This document shows positions 41,577 through 55,847 of a stretch of DNA of 64,000 bases, piece after piece; positions within the stretch are counted from its first letter, which is position 1, and each line of letters opens with the position of its first letter. Under the pieces are notes generated by a model, which was not told the origin of the DNA, did not search any database, and saw only the letters and a program-made list of their open reading frames with translations. Source of the stretch: the human T2T-CHM13v2.0 reference genome, Homo sapiens; NCBI RefSeq assembly GCF_009914755.1, contig NC_060928.1; one strand, written 5' to 3'. Both the position numbers and the translations under genes were made by a program.

Positions 41577-41897
41577 CAATTGGCCTTGTGTATCTTTTGC
41601 TTTTGCATCTACAGTTTCAACCAACTATGAATTGAAAATATTTGGGGTCGGGGAACAAAAATTAACAATACAGCATTTTCAAAATTTAAATTGTTAAAAA
41701 AATAGTATAACTATCTGTAGCATTTACATTGTATTAGGTATTATAAGTAATCTAGAAATGATTTAAAGTATACAAGAGGATGTGCGTAGGTCATAATCAA
41801 GTAGATACCATTTTATATAAGAGACTTGAACATCCTCAGATTTTGGTATCTGCAGGAGGTCCTGGAACCAATCCCTCATGAATACCAGAGAATAGTA
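41577..41897 (-). mobile_element. MER2B-like MITE
   Basis: agcatttacattgtattaggtattataagtaatctag...gacttgaacatcctcagattttggtatctgcaggaggtcctggaaccaatccc. Confidence 0.88.
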
Positions 41898-41987
41898 TTT
41901 TATTTTTTGAGCAACTAAAATGTTGTTTTTCTGTTAGTTTTAAAGCATAGTTTGATTTTGTTTTAAACAAAAGTTCATCTTGGTACC

Positions 41988-42162
41988 TGTATTAGTCCGT
42001 TCTTGCACTGCTCTAAAGAAATGCCTAAAATTGGGTAATTTATAAGAAAAGAGATTGAATTGGCTCATGGTTCTGCAGGCTGTACAGGAAGCATGGCAGC
42101 TTCTACCTCTGAGGAGGCCTCAGGGAGCTTTTACTTACGGTAGAAGGCAGAGTGGGAACAGA
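41988..42162 (-). mobile_element. MSTA/B LTR fragment
   Basis: tgtattagtccgttcttgcactgct...ggctcatggttctgcaggctgtacaggaagcatggc. Confidence 0.88.
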
Positions 42163-43052
42163 TATTATAAATGTTAAACTCGTGTATGTAATTTAAAGGG
42201 ACTAACACCCAGGATATGGCTAGACCTTAAGTTAGGACTCTCAGCTACATGGCTGTGTTTAGTTTGCAAGTTTATCTCTTCATCATAGTTCCTTCAAGTA
42301 TGCTTGTCATTTCTGTTTTGAACAGAAAAAAAAAATGGAGCAAAATCTTGAAGTTGTAATATGGAAGTTTGAACCAGGGGTAGAATACTGAAACAAACAT
42401 GTTAAAAGATGGGGTCTAGGCTTCACATTACGTACGTAACCCTTCAAGGGCCTATTCTCTATGCTGTAGCTTTTCAATTAATGTCAATAATAGAATTCTT
42501 AGTACAAAATTCCTAGATACCTAGTCACCATTTTTAAACATTAGCTTGTCAGGAAAATGTGCCAAAAAGTTCCAAAACATGAAATTACAAATAAAAACTT
42601 AGAAAATAATCCCTTTAGCAATTGGGAACTGCCTCAGTACCTACTCAGATTGGAAACCCTCAACTTGGTCATGTTTTTTATCACCAAGACAGCTGGTATT
42701 GTTTACAACATATGTCTGAGTATTATTTTTAAGTTTCTAATTGCCAGTATCTCCAGTTTTTAAAAGGACACAAACCAACCTCTTTGTAAAACTTCTGCCC
42801 TCCAAAGGCTTTATGTTCTCTAAGATAGTTAAGAAGATTAAAAAAAAAAAAAAAGAAAAAAAAAGAAACTCCTGTTCTTAATGATCCCATGCTGATAGTT
42901 TTTTTTTGGATAAAGTGTAGGCTGCTGTTCATAGAGATGCCAAGTACATATGAAAGGAGGGACTCATATGGAAGGTGAACTTATTACCAGAAATCCTAAC
43001 CTGCAGGTAGGGTTTCTTTCTTCCTCAAAATAAAAATTAACCCATGGGGTGA

Positions 43053-43468
<416 letters not shown>

Positions 43469-43693
43469 TAAAAGCCTTTTCTGGACTAGGCCACCTCTAC
43501 CCCCTACTTTGTATGGTTTACATTGGTTTCTATGTGAATCATTTGATTATTGCATTCATGTTTTATCTCCCAAATACTGCTAGCTCCCTTAGGATGAGGT
43601 TATTGTTTTATATAAAAGATCCCTTTCAAAAAAGTAGTCTCAAAAAAAGATTGTAACTCTTGATTTACATAGCAAAGTATTAATTAACAGCAT

Positions 43694-43744
43694 CTTCCAA
43701 GATCAGACGAGATTGAGCGTGTTCGGGGTGGTATGGCAGTAGAC
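43694..43744 (-). pseudogene. 5S rRNA retropseudogene, 5' 51 nt only, tailless
   Basis: Reverse complement GTCTACTGCCATACCACCCCGAACACGCTCAATCTCGTCTGATCTTGGAAG matches human 5S nt 1-51 at 45/51 by my count; 15-bp TSD aa(t/g)taacagcatctt. Confidence 0.95.
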
Positions 43745-46619
43745 AAGTAACAGCATCTTAATTAGTTCACGTAAAACAAATCTCTAGCCACATTCACTCC
43801 AACTTTCAATATCACAAAATGTGTGGTATTTCCTAAAAACATAGCTTTCTATGTCATCATCAAGTGAAAGTAAATACCTCCCCCCTCTATAAAAGAACAA
43901 AACCTATTCAACTTAAATAATGAAATATGTTATTGTTAAAAGAATCCTAGAGTCACAGAAACTGGATACTGAAAAGGAAGTTTGAACTAAGTCGATAGCA
44001 TTGGGAGTGGGTGTAAAGAGTGGCTAGGAATGACATCTTCCTTGTTCCCCATACGCACATATACCACTCTATTTTGCCAGATACACCAGGCAGCTTTTTC
44101 AAATACACACACACACACCCACCTTTACACCTTAACCTCTCACTGTGGCATTACTAGGGTAGTGAGCCTCTGTGAATGATGAAAGTGAGTAGTGTCTTTG
44201 GTGTGTTGAGCCAAAAAATAGATTGAAATCACTGACAATACCAATCCTCATTTGACACATATGACCATTACAGCTTTGAGAAGATAAAATGACTTGTTCC
44301 AAATTACTTTTGGCAGAGAAAATAACCTGAATCTCAGGTCAAGTTGTGCTCTATTTCTTTTGTACATTTAAAAGTGTGGGGATCCTCTTGGAATTAGCCT
44401 GTGAAATGTATTTGCATTGAAAGGTCAATCTCAGGAATTTCAGAGCAAACGTTTTGTTTGTATGTATGGGTGAAAGGACACTTACAGTTTTAGTATCAAT
44501 GCAATTTGATATAAACTCATTAGAAAGTCTAAGTTTACTAAGCTATGTATTAATTTAAATAGGTATAACAATAGTAGAGATGAATAAAACATCACTTCAG
44601 TATTTCATCTCTCTTCATCTTGACAAGTGAAGTTCAGGTGTGGTAATATCTATTATGTAGGGGCTCCCCAAAGAACTTCGGGTCAAGAAATACAGAGTAC
44701 ATAGGCAGTATATAAACATACTTATTATTGCATCTAGTCTATGGAAAAAAAATACAGAAAGAACATTTGAGCACAATAAATCTCCCCTAAAGAGAGTTAT
44801 TACTTGCTGCAACCTGTCTGCAGCAGTCAGAGGAAGGAAGTCAGCAAGAAAGGGAAAGAATGCCAGGTTGCAAATACCAAACGGTCCCATCATTTGCAAT
44901 TCAAGACTAAGAGCAGATTCCTAAAACTCAAAGTTCAAATTCAGCTGCTAAAATTACAATGGTCTCCTAGATTTTAGAATCAATTTTTCTACCAGTAAAG
45001 GTGATCTTAATCTAAAATATTAATAGCGAAAACCACAGAGGATATGTGGTAAAAGAGACTGCAGAAATTATGTCTAACCTTCTTATTTTCAGATGAGGTT
45101 AACATGGATTAGAGAGTGTTTATTTGACTCCTAGTCCAGTGTTCTGTCCATTACATTTTGTTAGGAAGAATTATAATTCTAACAAATTACTTCCAAATGC
45201 CAGGTAAATCAGGCCCGATTAAAAGTATGTCTTTTATAGCTGTTAAATGGTTCTGAAAAACTAATTCTGAAGGATTTATAGATAATTTATTATTTCGTTT
45301 TCTTTTGTAAAAGTTTTGGCAAGTTTTTAATCTGATATTATGATGCTTTTGGAAGCTAACAGATGTTGCTCTGAAAGTCATATTTCTCACTTAATTACAG
45401 TTTTAATAAAGCAGCCTGGGTAATGTTAGTTGGGGGAGTATTTAGGACACATAGGAGCCAAGTCAGATAGAAGTCATAGAAGTGTTGCAGTCAAGAGGCG
45501 TTTGATTATAAGGTGCATCATTACTTTGTAGACTACTAAGAAAGAAAATGCAGCCAATTAAACTATGATATGCATTGTCTCTGATTTCTGCATTTAAAAA
45601 ATGAAGAAATATGTTTCCTATAGTCATTGAAATATAGTAAGTCGTTGGTTAGGAAAGGTAAGGACCTTTCTAAAGGGGAAGAAGCAGAGTAGAGGTGAGA
45701 GTGCATAGCATGTAGAGCCTGGGTTACAGGCTCCTCTGGGAAGCAGTGGGATATTAACTGGAAGGCTGCAGGACCTAGGACCGGGAGGTGCAGGAAGTGA
45801 GGACAGTGCCCAGACCTAAGCCAATTGTCCTGAGTCTCCTGGTTCCATTTAGTTAGTGAACAGGATAATGTATCAGAATCAATCTTAACAATTTAAGTGG
45901 GAGAGCAGCATTCAAAATCTTGAGACTCTCCTAGAATTTAGAAGAGAAATGAAGTGATTAAATGCCAGCCAAAAGCATTTCAGCTTTATTTTTTAGGCAA
46001 CAGTGGGCCTCTGAAAAGCAATGAAATAAACAAGTTTTTAGAATATGAATCTAACATGGGTGTGAATAATTATGGTCTGCCAAAAATCTTGTCTTTTTGT
46101 TGTTGTTGTTGTTGTTGTTGTTCAGAGACTCCTTCTAGAGTAACAATATTGGTGTGATGACTAGCCTTTTTTCTTTCTATTTTACCAAGTTGTGCTACTT
46201 CTCTGAGAAAAATCCAAGTTTTACACTTAATAGTAAAGAAGCCAGTGGTTATTTATATGAGATTTTTACCCACCCTAACCTTAGACTCAGTGCCACAACA
46301 CAGCATGCTAAATTAGGTTACATCCTTAAAAAATAATAATAATAATTCACTTGGGGTGGAGTACAGACCTGCCCGTAGCCATCAGTTTTACTGCAGGCAA
46401 AATAAAGACACACCTCTTCCTGAAAACACAGACAACACAAATTACTGTGGCCAGCTTCTTATATTATAATTTTTACATCAGCTCATCCCTAACTGCTAAT
46501 CACCTAATACTACAATGTAAACACTGCCCCTTCCAAAGACCAGGCTTCCTTTGGTGGTATTCTGTGATAACCTGTCATTCTGTAGTATCCTTGACATGTC
46601 TCCCTCTTACAAGATTCTC

Positions 46620-47285
46620 TCATCTCTGCCTGTGTTTTATCACCTCTGTCCTATCACTGTGAACAAGAAAATGCCTTCCTATTTGTCCCTTGCTAAATTC
46701 CTACTCATCTTTTAAGAATCAGACCTTCCGACCACCTCCAGCAGGAGTTTGGGCTTCTATGCATAGAGCAGTTACCTCTTTCTTTTTCTTTTGTTTTTTT
46801 TAAATACAAGTAGTATCCCCTTATCTGCAGCGGATACATTCCAAGACCCCCAGTGGATGTCTGAAACCATGGGTTATATTAACTGCTATATATAGGTTTT
46901 TTTCTTATACATACATACCTATGATGACATTTAATTTATAAATTAGGCATGGTTAGAGATTAACAGCAATAATTAATAATAAAGTAGAACAATTATAACA
47001 ATATGCTATAATAAAAGTTATGTAAATGTGTTCTCTGTCTCTCTCAAAATTTCTTATTGTACTATACTCACCGATTTTCAGACTGAGGTTGACCTTGGGC
47101 AGCTGAAACTGCGGAAAGAGAAACTGAGTCTAGGATGACTTTCTATCTCAATTCTTGCATTGTATTGTACACTCCTTAAGGATAAAAGCCATGTTTCTTC
47201 AGAATCTTATCCCAAAAACTTAGCAGAGTGCCTGGTACATAATCAGTGGTCACTGAATTTTTTTTGATTGATTAGATGATGGAGA
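46620..47285 (+). mobile_element. L2 3' end, split by MER44A
   Basis: aaattcctactcatcttttaag...cttagcagagtgcctggtacataatcagtggtcactgaa. Confidence 0.65.
46808..47145 (-). mobile_element. MER44A (Tigger7-derived MITE)
   Basis: ccccttatctgcagcggatacattccaagacccccagtggatg...aatttataaattaggca...gaaactgcggaaag, ~340 bp. Confidence 0.88.
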
Positions 47286-47379
47286 TTTATGTATGTCTAG
47301 CTATAAAGTTTATGTTTATCATATACAATATTGGCTTAATAAGATATTCTTTGGCCTCAAAATTAGAACCTAATAGGAA

Positions 47380-47940
47380 GCTTAAGACATAAAACTAATT
47401 TGATGACAAGGAAGCATGAAATAAGTGCTCTAAAAAGAAACTCAAGAACATTTAGGAAGGATATACCGCATCCAGCAGGGGTGACTAAGTGATAATAATT
47501 ACACTAAGTCTTGGGGAAGAAAGGATGCTATTTCAGGAGGTGGAGGAGAGGAATAGGTAGTTATTCCATATGGAAATAATACTCTAGGCAAGGGATACAG
47601 ACATGAAAGCAAGGAATGTATTTGAAGGATGGTATCTTCTAATTGCATAGTTCAAAATTCTAAATAGGAGGTCAGTGGCTAATAGAGCTAGGCAAGGAAG
47701 TTGAAATCACATTATGGAAAAGTTTAGAATTTAGTAGGCAGTAGAGAGACGTAATTTCTGAATAGAAAAAAATACTGTCATGAGATTTTACAAAGATTAA
47801 TCCCTGCTCTGACTGGATTAGAAGAAACAGAAACTGTAGGCCAGGGGTGCAGGGTTCTTCAGGAAAGAAATATAAGACAAGAAGTTAAACTAAATAAAAA
47901 TAAGACAAGGATATATATGAGTGATATTGTAATGTATAAA
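47380..47940 (-). mobile_element. L2 fragment
   Basis: Purine-rich ataagtgctctaaaa..., attccatatggaaataa.., tttacaaagattaatcc..ctggattagaag. Confidence 0.5.
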
Positions 47941-48799
47941 GAAAAGTGTCTCATTAGACTTGCAAGCTGGTCCATTTACATTTGATCATATTTTTAGAGA
48001 AACATGAACAAGCCAAGGCAAGTCCAAAGGAGAGTAATCAGGATTTGACGGGGAGGGAGGGATGAGGGTCTGCAAGTGGTGAGTTCCTGGTTAATCAGCT
48101 GGGGAAAAAAAAAGACCAGGAAGGAGGAATGTGATAGGCAGCTTCAGTTATTCAAAGGACTGTCCTCTAGAAGAGACAACATCCTTATTCTGTTACTTCA
48201 GAGAGGCAAGAAGAGACACTATAAAAGTGGATTGTGTCCGGAAGAGTGTGACCAAGATATGGAATGATTTGGAAACTGTGTCACACAAGAAGAATAAAAG
48301 TATTTTTTATGATAAAGGAGAATTTTAAGGAACTTGAACACCACCTTCAAATACATGCAAGGAAAAATGGGACTTTTGAACATTCAGTTAACTCCATATA
48401 ACAGAACCATCTAATTTATAGATAAGCAACTTTTCTCTTTACCAATTATAGTGGGCCATCTGTCAAATATTATAGAGTACATGAGTATGTTGGAAGGAAA
48501 TGTTGACAGTGACAAATGTTTTTAAAAGGGAAAATTAATAGTGTACACTACATTTATTTTATTAGTATCTCTAATATCAGATGGAAAAGAAAGGAGAATC
48601 AATGGGCCCACTGATGGCTTAGAACTTATGTCTATAAAATTTACTCATATTATTGCATTAATATTTCAGAATTCATAGTCTCAAATAAATACAAAATATA
48701 GAGAGACATATCAGGAAGTTTAGGTTACCTATGTATAAATAATTAAATCTCTTTATTAAAATGAATACCAATACCAAATTTTATTTTATAAGGAGTCAT

Positions 48800-49230
48800 C
48801 ATGGCATAGTATGAAGAGCTGTGGGTTGACATCAGGCATACCTAAATTTGAAACCAGCTCTGCTACTTACTAGCTATTTTAACTTTAGCATGTTATTTGG
48901 CCCCTCTGGGTCATGGTTTAATCATCTATAAAACAAGGATATAATTCCTCTCTCTAGGGTTATTATACAGATTAATAATAATGTTTATGTAGTATATAAA
49001 AAGAACCTCATACATATTTGATATTTAAAATGGCAATTATTAATGTTATTATCTGAAAAGGTTTTAACAAGCATGCTACATAGATGCAAATGGTAAAGTG
49101 GAAACAATGTGGACTTTGGAATCAGACTGACCTAGCTTTGAAGGCTAGCATTGTCACTCACTAGCTGTACATCCATAGTAACGTGATTAACCAAGCTGAA
49201 CTCAGATTATCTGTAAAATAAAAACACTGC
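48800..49230 (+). mobile_element. Two tandem MIR copies
   Basis: cagctctgctacttactagct...catctataaaac; ggactttggaatcagactgacct...tcactcactagctgt..atctgtaaaat. Confidence 0.75.
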
Positions 49231-49233
49231 CTG

Positions 49234-49569
<336 letters not shown>

Positions 49570-50436
49570 TCAGAGTAGTAAATTAGGTCATGCTTATTAT
49601 TTTTGTTTTTAGGATAGTCTGGTATGTAGTAAAACCTCAGTGTTAATTTCATTTTATTTCCCCAAATATATGAACAGGCTGTACCCCACTTATGACCTCT
49701 TAACATGTATTTTACAGACTTACGTGGATTGGAAGTCCTGGCTGGGCTCCACAGTCCCTGAGGGAAGGGAGAGCTTCCCTTTTTTGAACATCCAAACCCC
49801 AGGGACTGATTCACCTAACTGCTCTCTATTAGGCAACCCTTGAAAGGAAACTTCTGAGTTTTAGTAAATGAAGAGAGGACAGAGACCCATCTCTTGTTTT
49901 ATGCAGAAGTAAAGAGTTTAAGTGACTAATGTCCAGGCACACTTACTGTAATTACTCCTCTCTAAACCTTATGTAATACTTCTAAAGCCCTACATCTTTC
50001 AAGAGGGTGTAGTGATCAGAGGTAAGGTTTAAAGTCTACCACTTAGACCTGGTTTTTAACTTCTCATCAAAATACCACAGTCTGCATTGAGTGTTCTGAT
50101 CAGGCTTGTTTCCTTATTATTGAGGTAACTTACTTTGCTCTTTCTCTGCACATTTAACCATGGTGTTCTTTTTATTGAGAAAACCACCCCTTTTGGGCTC
50201 TTATATAAATTCAGAGCTATACTTCAAGTCACCCCAAGATCTGCCTTCTTTGTGACCTCTAGTGATCCTTCTAACCCATAGTGATTTTTCCCTACCTTGA
50301 GCTTTCACAGCCCCAGTTCTTCCATATTTTGTCACTTACTTTGTATTTTGAGTTATTTTCTAATTATTTCATGTGTGTAACTTACTTTCCCAATAGAAAT
50401 TTAAGTCTTTGAAGAGAGGAAACTGTATTATTGGAT

Positions 50437-50651
50437 ATTTTTTGTTTTTGAGACAGAGTCTCGCCCTGTCACCCAGGCTGGCGTGCAGTGACACGATCTC
50501 GGCTCACTACAACCTCCGCCTCTTGGGTTCAAGTGATTCTCCTGCCTCAGCCTCCTGAGTAGCTGGGATTCCAGGCACCTGCCACCACGCCCAGCTAATT
50601 TTTTATTTTTGTATTTTTAGTAGAGATGGGGTTTCACCATGTTGGCCAGGC
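50437..50651 (-). mobile_element. 5'-truncated AluS
   Basis: T-tail, gagacagagtctcgccctgtcaccc...gtttcaccatgttggccaggc, then ends. Confidence 0.95.
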
Positions 50652-51204
50652 TTTTATATCCCCCACTATGTCTAGCAAAAAATGTAATTGTATAATTATC
50701 TAATTAAGATTTATTGAAATGCTTTAAGTTTTTAGATTCTAATTGAAGTCTCTATGCCAATACTTTATTACTTTTTTTGGTTCATTTGCCTTTGAGAATT
50801 TTCTTAGCATTTTTAATTTACTTCAATAATTGAGCGATTATGACAGGAAATCATTTCATGTAAAAAACAGACCAAGTATTCTGGTTCCTAGCCAGTTTTC
50901 TTTCATTTAGATATGATGGTACTAAAGCAAACAACAAATGACACCTCTACTTAATTAGTGATTCCGCTATTCTGAATATATATTTCATGGCAATAAGAGT
51001 TTGTTGAAGTTTGAAGGCCTTTTTACAGTCTCTAAAAAGACTTAAAATTAGTGTTTTCATTCAAGTTATAGATGGTTATAATCTCAGACAGCTGAGACTT
51101 TTCATTTTCACCTTAAGGTTAATTTTATTTGGAGTGAACTGTAAAAAAAAAATACTTTGGCTTTACAAAAATTCCTTTTAGTGTAAAAATGACTGAAAAT
51201 ATTA

Positions 51205-51475
51205 TTATTCCCTTTATATGAAATGTCCAGCTAAGGAAAATTATAGAGAAAAAAGGTAGATTATTAGTTGCCTTGGGCTAGAGTTAGGAGATGCCTTGGG
51301 GATTAAGTATAAATGGACATGAGGCAACTTTTGGGTTAGTGAAAATGTTCTAATACTACATTATGGTGGAGGTTGCACAATTTTGTATATTTCCTAAAAA
51401 TTATTGAATCGTATGCTTAAATAATTCATGAATTTTGTGGTATGTAAATTATGTCTTAATAAAGTTATTAAAAAT
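51205..51475 (+). mobile_element. L1MB/ME 3' end
   Basis: tttatatgaaatgtccag...gaaaatgttcta..ggttgcacaa...ggtatgtaaattatgtcttaataaag. Confidence 0.85.
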
Positions 51476-52154
51476 AATTTATGAAATTACAGGGTTAAAT
51501 TTTATTTTATAATAAACATAATAAATTGTCCTTAGTATCCATTTATGAAAGTAAATATGTTGCTTGAAATTATTTCATTAGAAAAACTATTGCTACTCTT
51601 TAGTTGTATGGCTATCTGTAGGTCTTGTATGTGATTTATTTATTAATAAATTTATATTGAACTAAGTAGAATTTTTAAAAATATGGCTACTCATATGTAA
51701 AAGTTACTGGAATGGTCTTCTTATTTTTCTGACCTTTTTATATCCATATAAATTCGGATGATTTCTCATTGATATTTATGATATTCTGCTCTGAAAATAA
51801 TATAATCAATTACTTGCCTTTTTAAGTCAAGTATTCTACCCTAGTTGACTATAAAGTGAATTTTTTCAAAGGAAGTCTTAAATTTTTCATATATCTCTTA
51901 AGATTAAATTTGAGAGATGTTCACATTGGGGGGAAAATCAAATTTAGTAAGCTGTGAACTTTGGCAATGCAAGATTGAACTACTGCCTTAAATATTTGTT
52001 AATATCTGCTCACTATTCCATTCACATAGCATAAGAATTTCCCCTATGCCTGATATTTTTGGCTTCATATTTTTAATTTCTATTTCTGGATTTGTTTTCT
52101 TATGTCCAATGGAGCATTGATGCTGATTTTTTTACTTCATAAATACATAGTATC

Positions 52155-52555
52155 TGTGATGGTTAATACTGAGTGTCAACTTGATGGCATTGAATGATGC
52201 AAAGTATTGACCCTGAGTGTGTCTGTTAAGGTGTTGACAAAGGAGATTAACATTTGAGTCACTGGGCTGGAAAAGGCAGACCCACCCTTAATCTGTGTGG
52301 GCACAATCTAATCAGCTTCAGACACAGCCAGGATATAAAGCAGGAAGAAAAACGTGAAAAGGTTTGACTGGCTTAGCCTCCCAGCCTACATCTTTCTCTC
52401 GTGCTTTATGCTTCCTGCCCTCAAACACTGGACTCCAAGTTCTTCAGCTTTGGAACTCGAACTGGCTTCCTTTTGCTCCTCAGATTATGTGAGTTAATAT
52501 TACTTAATAAACTCCCCTTTATGTATATATCTATCCTGTTAGTTCTGCCCCTCTA
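52155..52555 (+). mobile_element. MLT2A1 (HERV-L) solo LTR lacking its 3' terminus
   Basis: tgtgatggttaatactgagtgtcaacttgat...aaggcagacccacccttaatctg...ctatcctgttagttctgcccctcta; TSD gtatc. Confidence 0.93.
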
Positions 52556-52979
52556 GTATCAATCAAAATTTGAAGTATCAATCAAAATTTGAAGCTACAA
52601 GAGAATTTAGAAATCATCCAGTGCAACTTATTAAATTATACTTTTGATAGGGGATGCTAAATGGTTAGGGAACTTGTTTGGATCTGTGGATTTCGTTGGT
52701 TATATACTCAGCTCTTAATTGCCAAGGAATAGTCATGATGAACCAGCAGACTTTCCTCACCTAGTTGGGGAGAAAAGAATTAGATTAATTTTCGGTTCCT
52801 TGAACTCTAGAATTCTATAAATCTATCAACTGTAACTATGTCAAATATAATGCTATGGATGTTACTCTTCTTAATTAACTATGTCTACCTTCACTTTCTC
52901 ATAGTCCAGCTATCATTAATCTTGGATTATAACGTATGGATCCTATCTGCCTGGCTCCCTGAACTTTTTATAGAAAGGA

Positions 52980-53200
52980 GTATATACTATATTAGTAAAA
53001 GCACACACTCTGGATTTAAACTCCCTGGGTTTGGGTATTGGTTCTGCCACTCATTTACACTGTGTCCTTGGACAGGTTATTATCCCCTCAATATGGGGAG
53101 AATAAAATGCTTCATAAACTGGTGAGGATTAAATGAATTAATACATGCTTGAAATAGTCCACTGAATATAATAGGAACTCATAATAAGATGAATAATTAA
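52980..53200 (+). mobile_element. MIR
   Basis: cctgggtttg..ggttctgccactcatttacactgtgtccttggaca...gtgaggattaaatga. Confidence 0.75.
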
Positions 53201-53231
53201 TATAACTCAAACCAACTGGTTTCAGGGCCTT

Positions 53232-53345
53232 ATAGTATATATAAGTATATCATTATATATTTATATATTATATATATTTGATATATATACTTACATATAG
53301 ATATCTATATATAATATACTTATATGTAGGTATCTATATATATAG
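53232..53345. repeat. TA-rich low-complexity tract
   Basis: Directly visible. Confidence 0.9.
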
Positions 53346-53367
53346 CTTTTTGGGGGGTCCTGCTTAG

Positions 53368-53714
<347 letters not shown>

Positions 53715-55547
53715 ACAGCTGTGTTTCTTAAACTTAAGTAATGAATAAATGTATTGTAAAGAAAATACCTCAAACTTCTATGAATATACCTACAAATTCC
53801 AGTTGAAGAACTACATTAATTAAATGCTGCCACCTTCCATGGTAGCTTGGTTCCAACACAATCAGAAACTCTAATGCAATTTTTGATGTTGAAATCAGGT
53901 AACCAGTACTTTATTGTAAGATCTTCAGCTGATTGAGCATTTTAATTTTGTTAGGTCATCATCAAAACAAAAACAGAAATTTTAAGCATATGAAATATCT
54001 TGAGACTATTTCAGCAGACCCTAGTTGAGAACTGTTGCTTCAAAAGTAAAAATAACACACCTATGCACACCAAACTGATTGTTTTATATTCAAAACTCCA
54101 GTATCACTATTTGTTTTGATCAGTTGAAATTACTTAAGAGTAATAACAGGCCTGCTGCCAGTGGTGGTAGCAACTGAAGCTGATTTTTATCAGATCAAGA
54201 GTGAGCCAGGATAATGCCAGTTTGGGGCCAGCTCTAGGTAGAATGCTAAAAGTTGTTGAGACTTCTGTCTTCCTTCTGTTACCCTACTACATTCTGTCAT
54301 CCTTCCTCCTGTCTGTGCCCTTTGTCAGTGCCCTTACCCCTAACCCCAAAAGCTCCTCACTGAGATGCTTGACATGTTACTTTTCCCAGCATATTTGTGT
54401 TTTAATAAAGCAAATCTAAGTCCCTGAAATACCTCAAGACTTGTTAGAATCTCTTAAAGTGAAATTTCTAACACTCTGAGTTCAATAAGAAGAAATAAAA
54501 GTACATATATTTTTATATAATTTTTTATGTTTGCAAACCAAGAAACATGCCATTTCTCCTAGTAAAAATGGGGGAAGTGAGGACTACTTTGCCTTTTCTC
54601 CTGGACAGAGTAGTCCTCATTTCCCCCTTTTTTCTTTATAAAAAGGAAATGATGATAAAAAATTGTTAATTGGATACCACTTCAAATGGGGATTAGTTAT
54701 GCATAGAATATTTCAGATATATTAGTATAGAAGTCATTTAAGATACAAGCATTTTATCCTTTTGTAAGTTCTTTTGTCTAAAGTTTGTTAAGAGGAAAGC
54801 CAAAGATTATTTTGTTGTATACTAAAAGCTGTAAATATTATTAATTTATGTCCTATACTTCCCTATGGAAAAGGGAAACTCAGTATTACCATGAACAGGA
54901 TCCATTCTTTATATGAGTAGTTAGAAGCTAATTGTAGGTTATTGAGATTTAATTTAGTCTCTGGTTATCATGTTTAGAATCTTATGACATGATTTGTTTT
55001 AGAGAAATAACCTGCTTGCAGTTAAGTACATTCCTTAGATGTCAGCCTGGTTAACTAGTGTCTGTCCTGAGTTGGTAAATGTCTACTTAGATGCCAGTGA
55101 TGCGAATAGAAACTGTCGTGTCAGCTTATAACATTCTCAGAGGGTTGCACTTTCAATGCAGGTGGGGGGAAGGACAAAGTAATAGCTTCTTGTTGGGATT
55201 ACAGTAAGTGAGGGCTCAAGTGAAGATCTCTTAGTTCCTTGAATGATCCTTTAAAAGGTAATAGTTTTCCATTTTTTTGCTTTCAGTTCTTGCATATGTA
55301 ATGAAAATAACGTGAACTTAGAAATATGGGCTTAGTAAATTCTTAGTAAATTATGTTCACATGCTATAAGATTTTAATCAATGAGTTTCAAATGGGGAAG
55401 GGAATTTATATTTAATACCAACCTACGGCATGCCTATATTTTAAACTATTAATCATCCAGTAACCCATAAGCCTAGGAAGGATTAGTCCGAGGTATTACA
55501 GTCTCAAAGAGATAGAGCCTGGCTATGCGCATTGTTCTGTCTGATTA

Positions 55548-55847
55548 TTTTTCATTTTCTCTTTTGTTTTGTTTTTTTGTTTCTAGCCTAGGCAGAGTGC
55601 AGTGGCATGATCTCAGCTCACTGCAACCTCTGCTTCCCGGGCTTCAAGCAGTTCTCTTGCCTCAGCCTCCCAAGTAGCTGGGATTACAGGCGTGTGCCAC
55701 CATGCCCAGCTAATTTTTTTGTATTTTTAATAGAGACGGGGTTTCACCATATTGGTCAGGCTGGTCTTGAACTTCTGACCTCAAATGATCCGTCCGCCTC
55801 TGCCTCCCAAAGTGCTGGGATTACAGTTGTGAGCCACCGCGCCCGGC
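55548..55847 (-). mobile_element. AluSx-like
   Basis: gagtgcagtggcatgatctcagctcactgcaacc...gagccaccgcgcccggcc. Confidence 0.94.

Noticed and set aside
44175-44236. Possible C/D box snoRNA (ATGATGA...CTGA)
   Set aside because: Only a 2-bp terminal stem, short length and no recognisable guide. The end aaaaatagattgaaatcactg looks like a decayed hAT MITE terminus.
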